The notes under the pieces were generated by a model that saw only the letters and a list, made by a program, of their open reading frames with translations, did not search any database and was not told where the DNA came from. A program made the position numbers and the translations under genes. Below, piece after piece: positions 63,533 to 64,000 of a stretch of 64,000 nt of DNA. Positions within the stretch are counted from its first letter, which is position 1. Each line of letters begins with the position of its first letter. The stretch is from Candidatus Methanomethylicaceae archaeon (GTDB lineage: Archaea; Thermoproteota; Methanomethylicia; Methanomethylicales; Methanomethylicaceae), in the NCBI GenBank assembly GCA_026414165.1, contig JAOAJN010000002.1, positions 8,246 through 72,245 of the forward strand, written 5' to 3'.

Positions 63533-64000
63533 TTATCTAATCCCTAGCTTGCCTGGGTTCATGATATTGTTTGGATCCAACATATCCTTTATTTTAGTCA
63601 TAAGGTATACGTAGCCAGCGTCTGCAGCAGCATTCAGTTCGTTCATGTACTCCACTGGCGGCTTGTACGGTAGCATGCCCAATGGTATCCCTGCCCTGAC
63701 GCACTCAACCATGGCATTCCTTGCTGCTTTGACTGACTCTGGGTTTCTCTTGTCGAAGGGCGTCATGCACCTGAGCATACCGTAGTGAGCACCTTGGTAG
63801 TCTGTGAACCTAGTAGCTGGCGATAGACCATGCCTGATGTATATTTCCTTCCACTTCTCATACAATATTGGCCAGCTCTTGCAGGGCGCAAATGTTCCTG
63901 GCCAAGCAAGACCTCCACCGCATGATTTGGAGTAGTTCTTGGTTGAGCCAACGATCCTGCTCGGCAGCTCTGTCCTTCCTCTCTTTGCCTCTTCAGGATA
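63533..64000 (-). CDS. FAD-linked oxidase (GlcD / D-lactate dehydrogenase-like), C-terminal part; continues beyond the window
   Basis: The frame is open from 63533 to the window edge by hand translation. The C-terminal LDPNNIMNPGKL is typical of FAD-linked oxidase C-termini. Paired with the GlcF-like gene. Confidence 0.6.
   Translation of the reverse strand, partial: YPEEAKRGRTELPSRIVGSTKNYSKSCGGGLAWPGTFAPCKSWPILYEKWKEIYIRHGLSPATRFTDYQGAHYGMLRCMTPFDKRNPESVKAARNAMVECVRAGIPLGMLPYKPPVEYMNELNAAADAGYVYLMTKIKDMLDPNNIMNPGKLGIR

Noticed and set aside
1-64000. Mobile elements, integrases, CRISPR-cas, rRNA or tRNA genes.
   Set aside because: I recognised none on either strand. The only candidate accessory elements are the AT-rich ATPase island and the HEPN/MNT pair.

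Overview
Gene-dense chromosomal segment, about 69 protein-coding genes on both strands, many with 1-4 nt start/stop overlaps. I saw no rRNA, tRNA, CRISPR array, transposase or integrase. The gene content is archaeal: 20S proteasome alpha/beta, PAC2 chaperone, Elp3, deoxyhypusine synthase, GPN-loop GTPase, the LysX/Y/Z/J/K carrier-protein lysine/arginine pathway, a DUF234-type ATPase, and BRE/TATA-like promoter elements. It is probably an uncultured, metabolically versatile lineage; I cannot assign taxonomy from sequence alone. Main blocks: (1) a corrinoid protein plus two tandem MtmB-family methyltransferases with no in-frame UAG (676-4124); (2) an AT-rich single-gene island with an archaeal ATPase (4125-6113); (3) a BMP-type ABC transporter operon (6114-10748); (4) tusA-dsrE-iscS-iscU (11693-13966); (5) a HEPN/MNT pair; (6) a psmB-psmA operon; (7) an orphan NifB-type radical SAM gene; (8) a co-directional run rich in tRNA-modification genes (Trm9-like, Elp3, PIN-ATPase, Trm5, LarE-like); (9) dys, thrB, thrC; (10) an acid uptake/activation region with CBS-fused acyl-CoA ligase, PaaK-like ligase, two Na+/solute symporters with small membrane subunits and a regulator; (11) the lysM-lysXYZJK cluster; (12) a stomatin-NfeD-PAC2-Hsp20 operon; (13) an arginase-family gene and a GlcF/GlcD-like oxidoreductase pair. 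The most interesting candidate is the pyrrolysine-free MtmB/corrinoid module, whose substrate is unknown. All family assignments come from motif recognition by eye and recall, not from searches.
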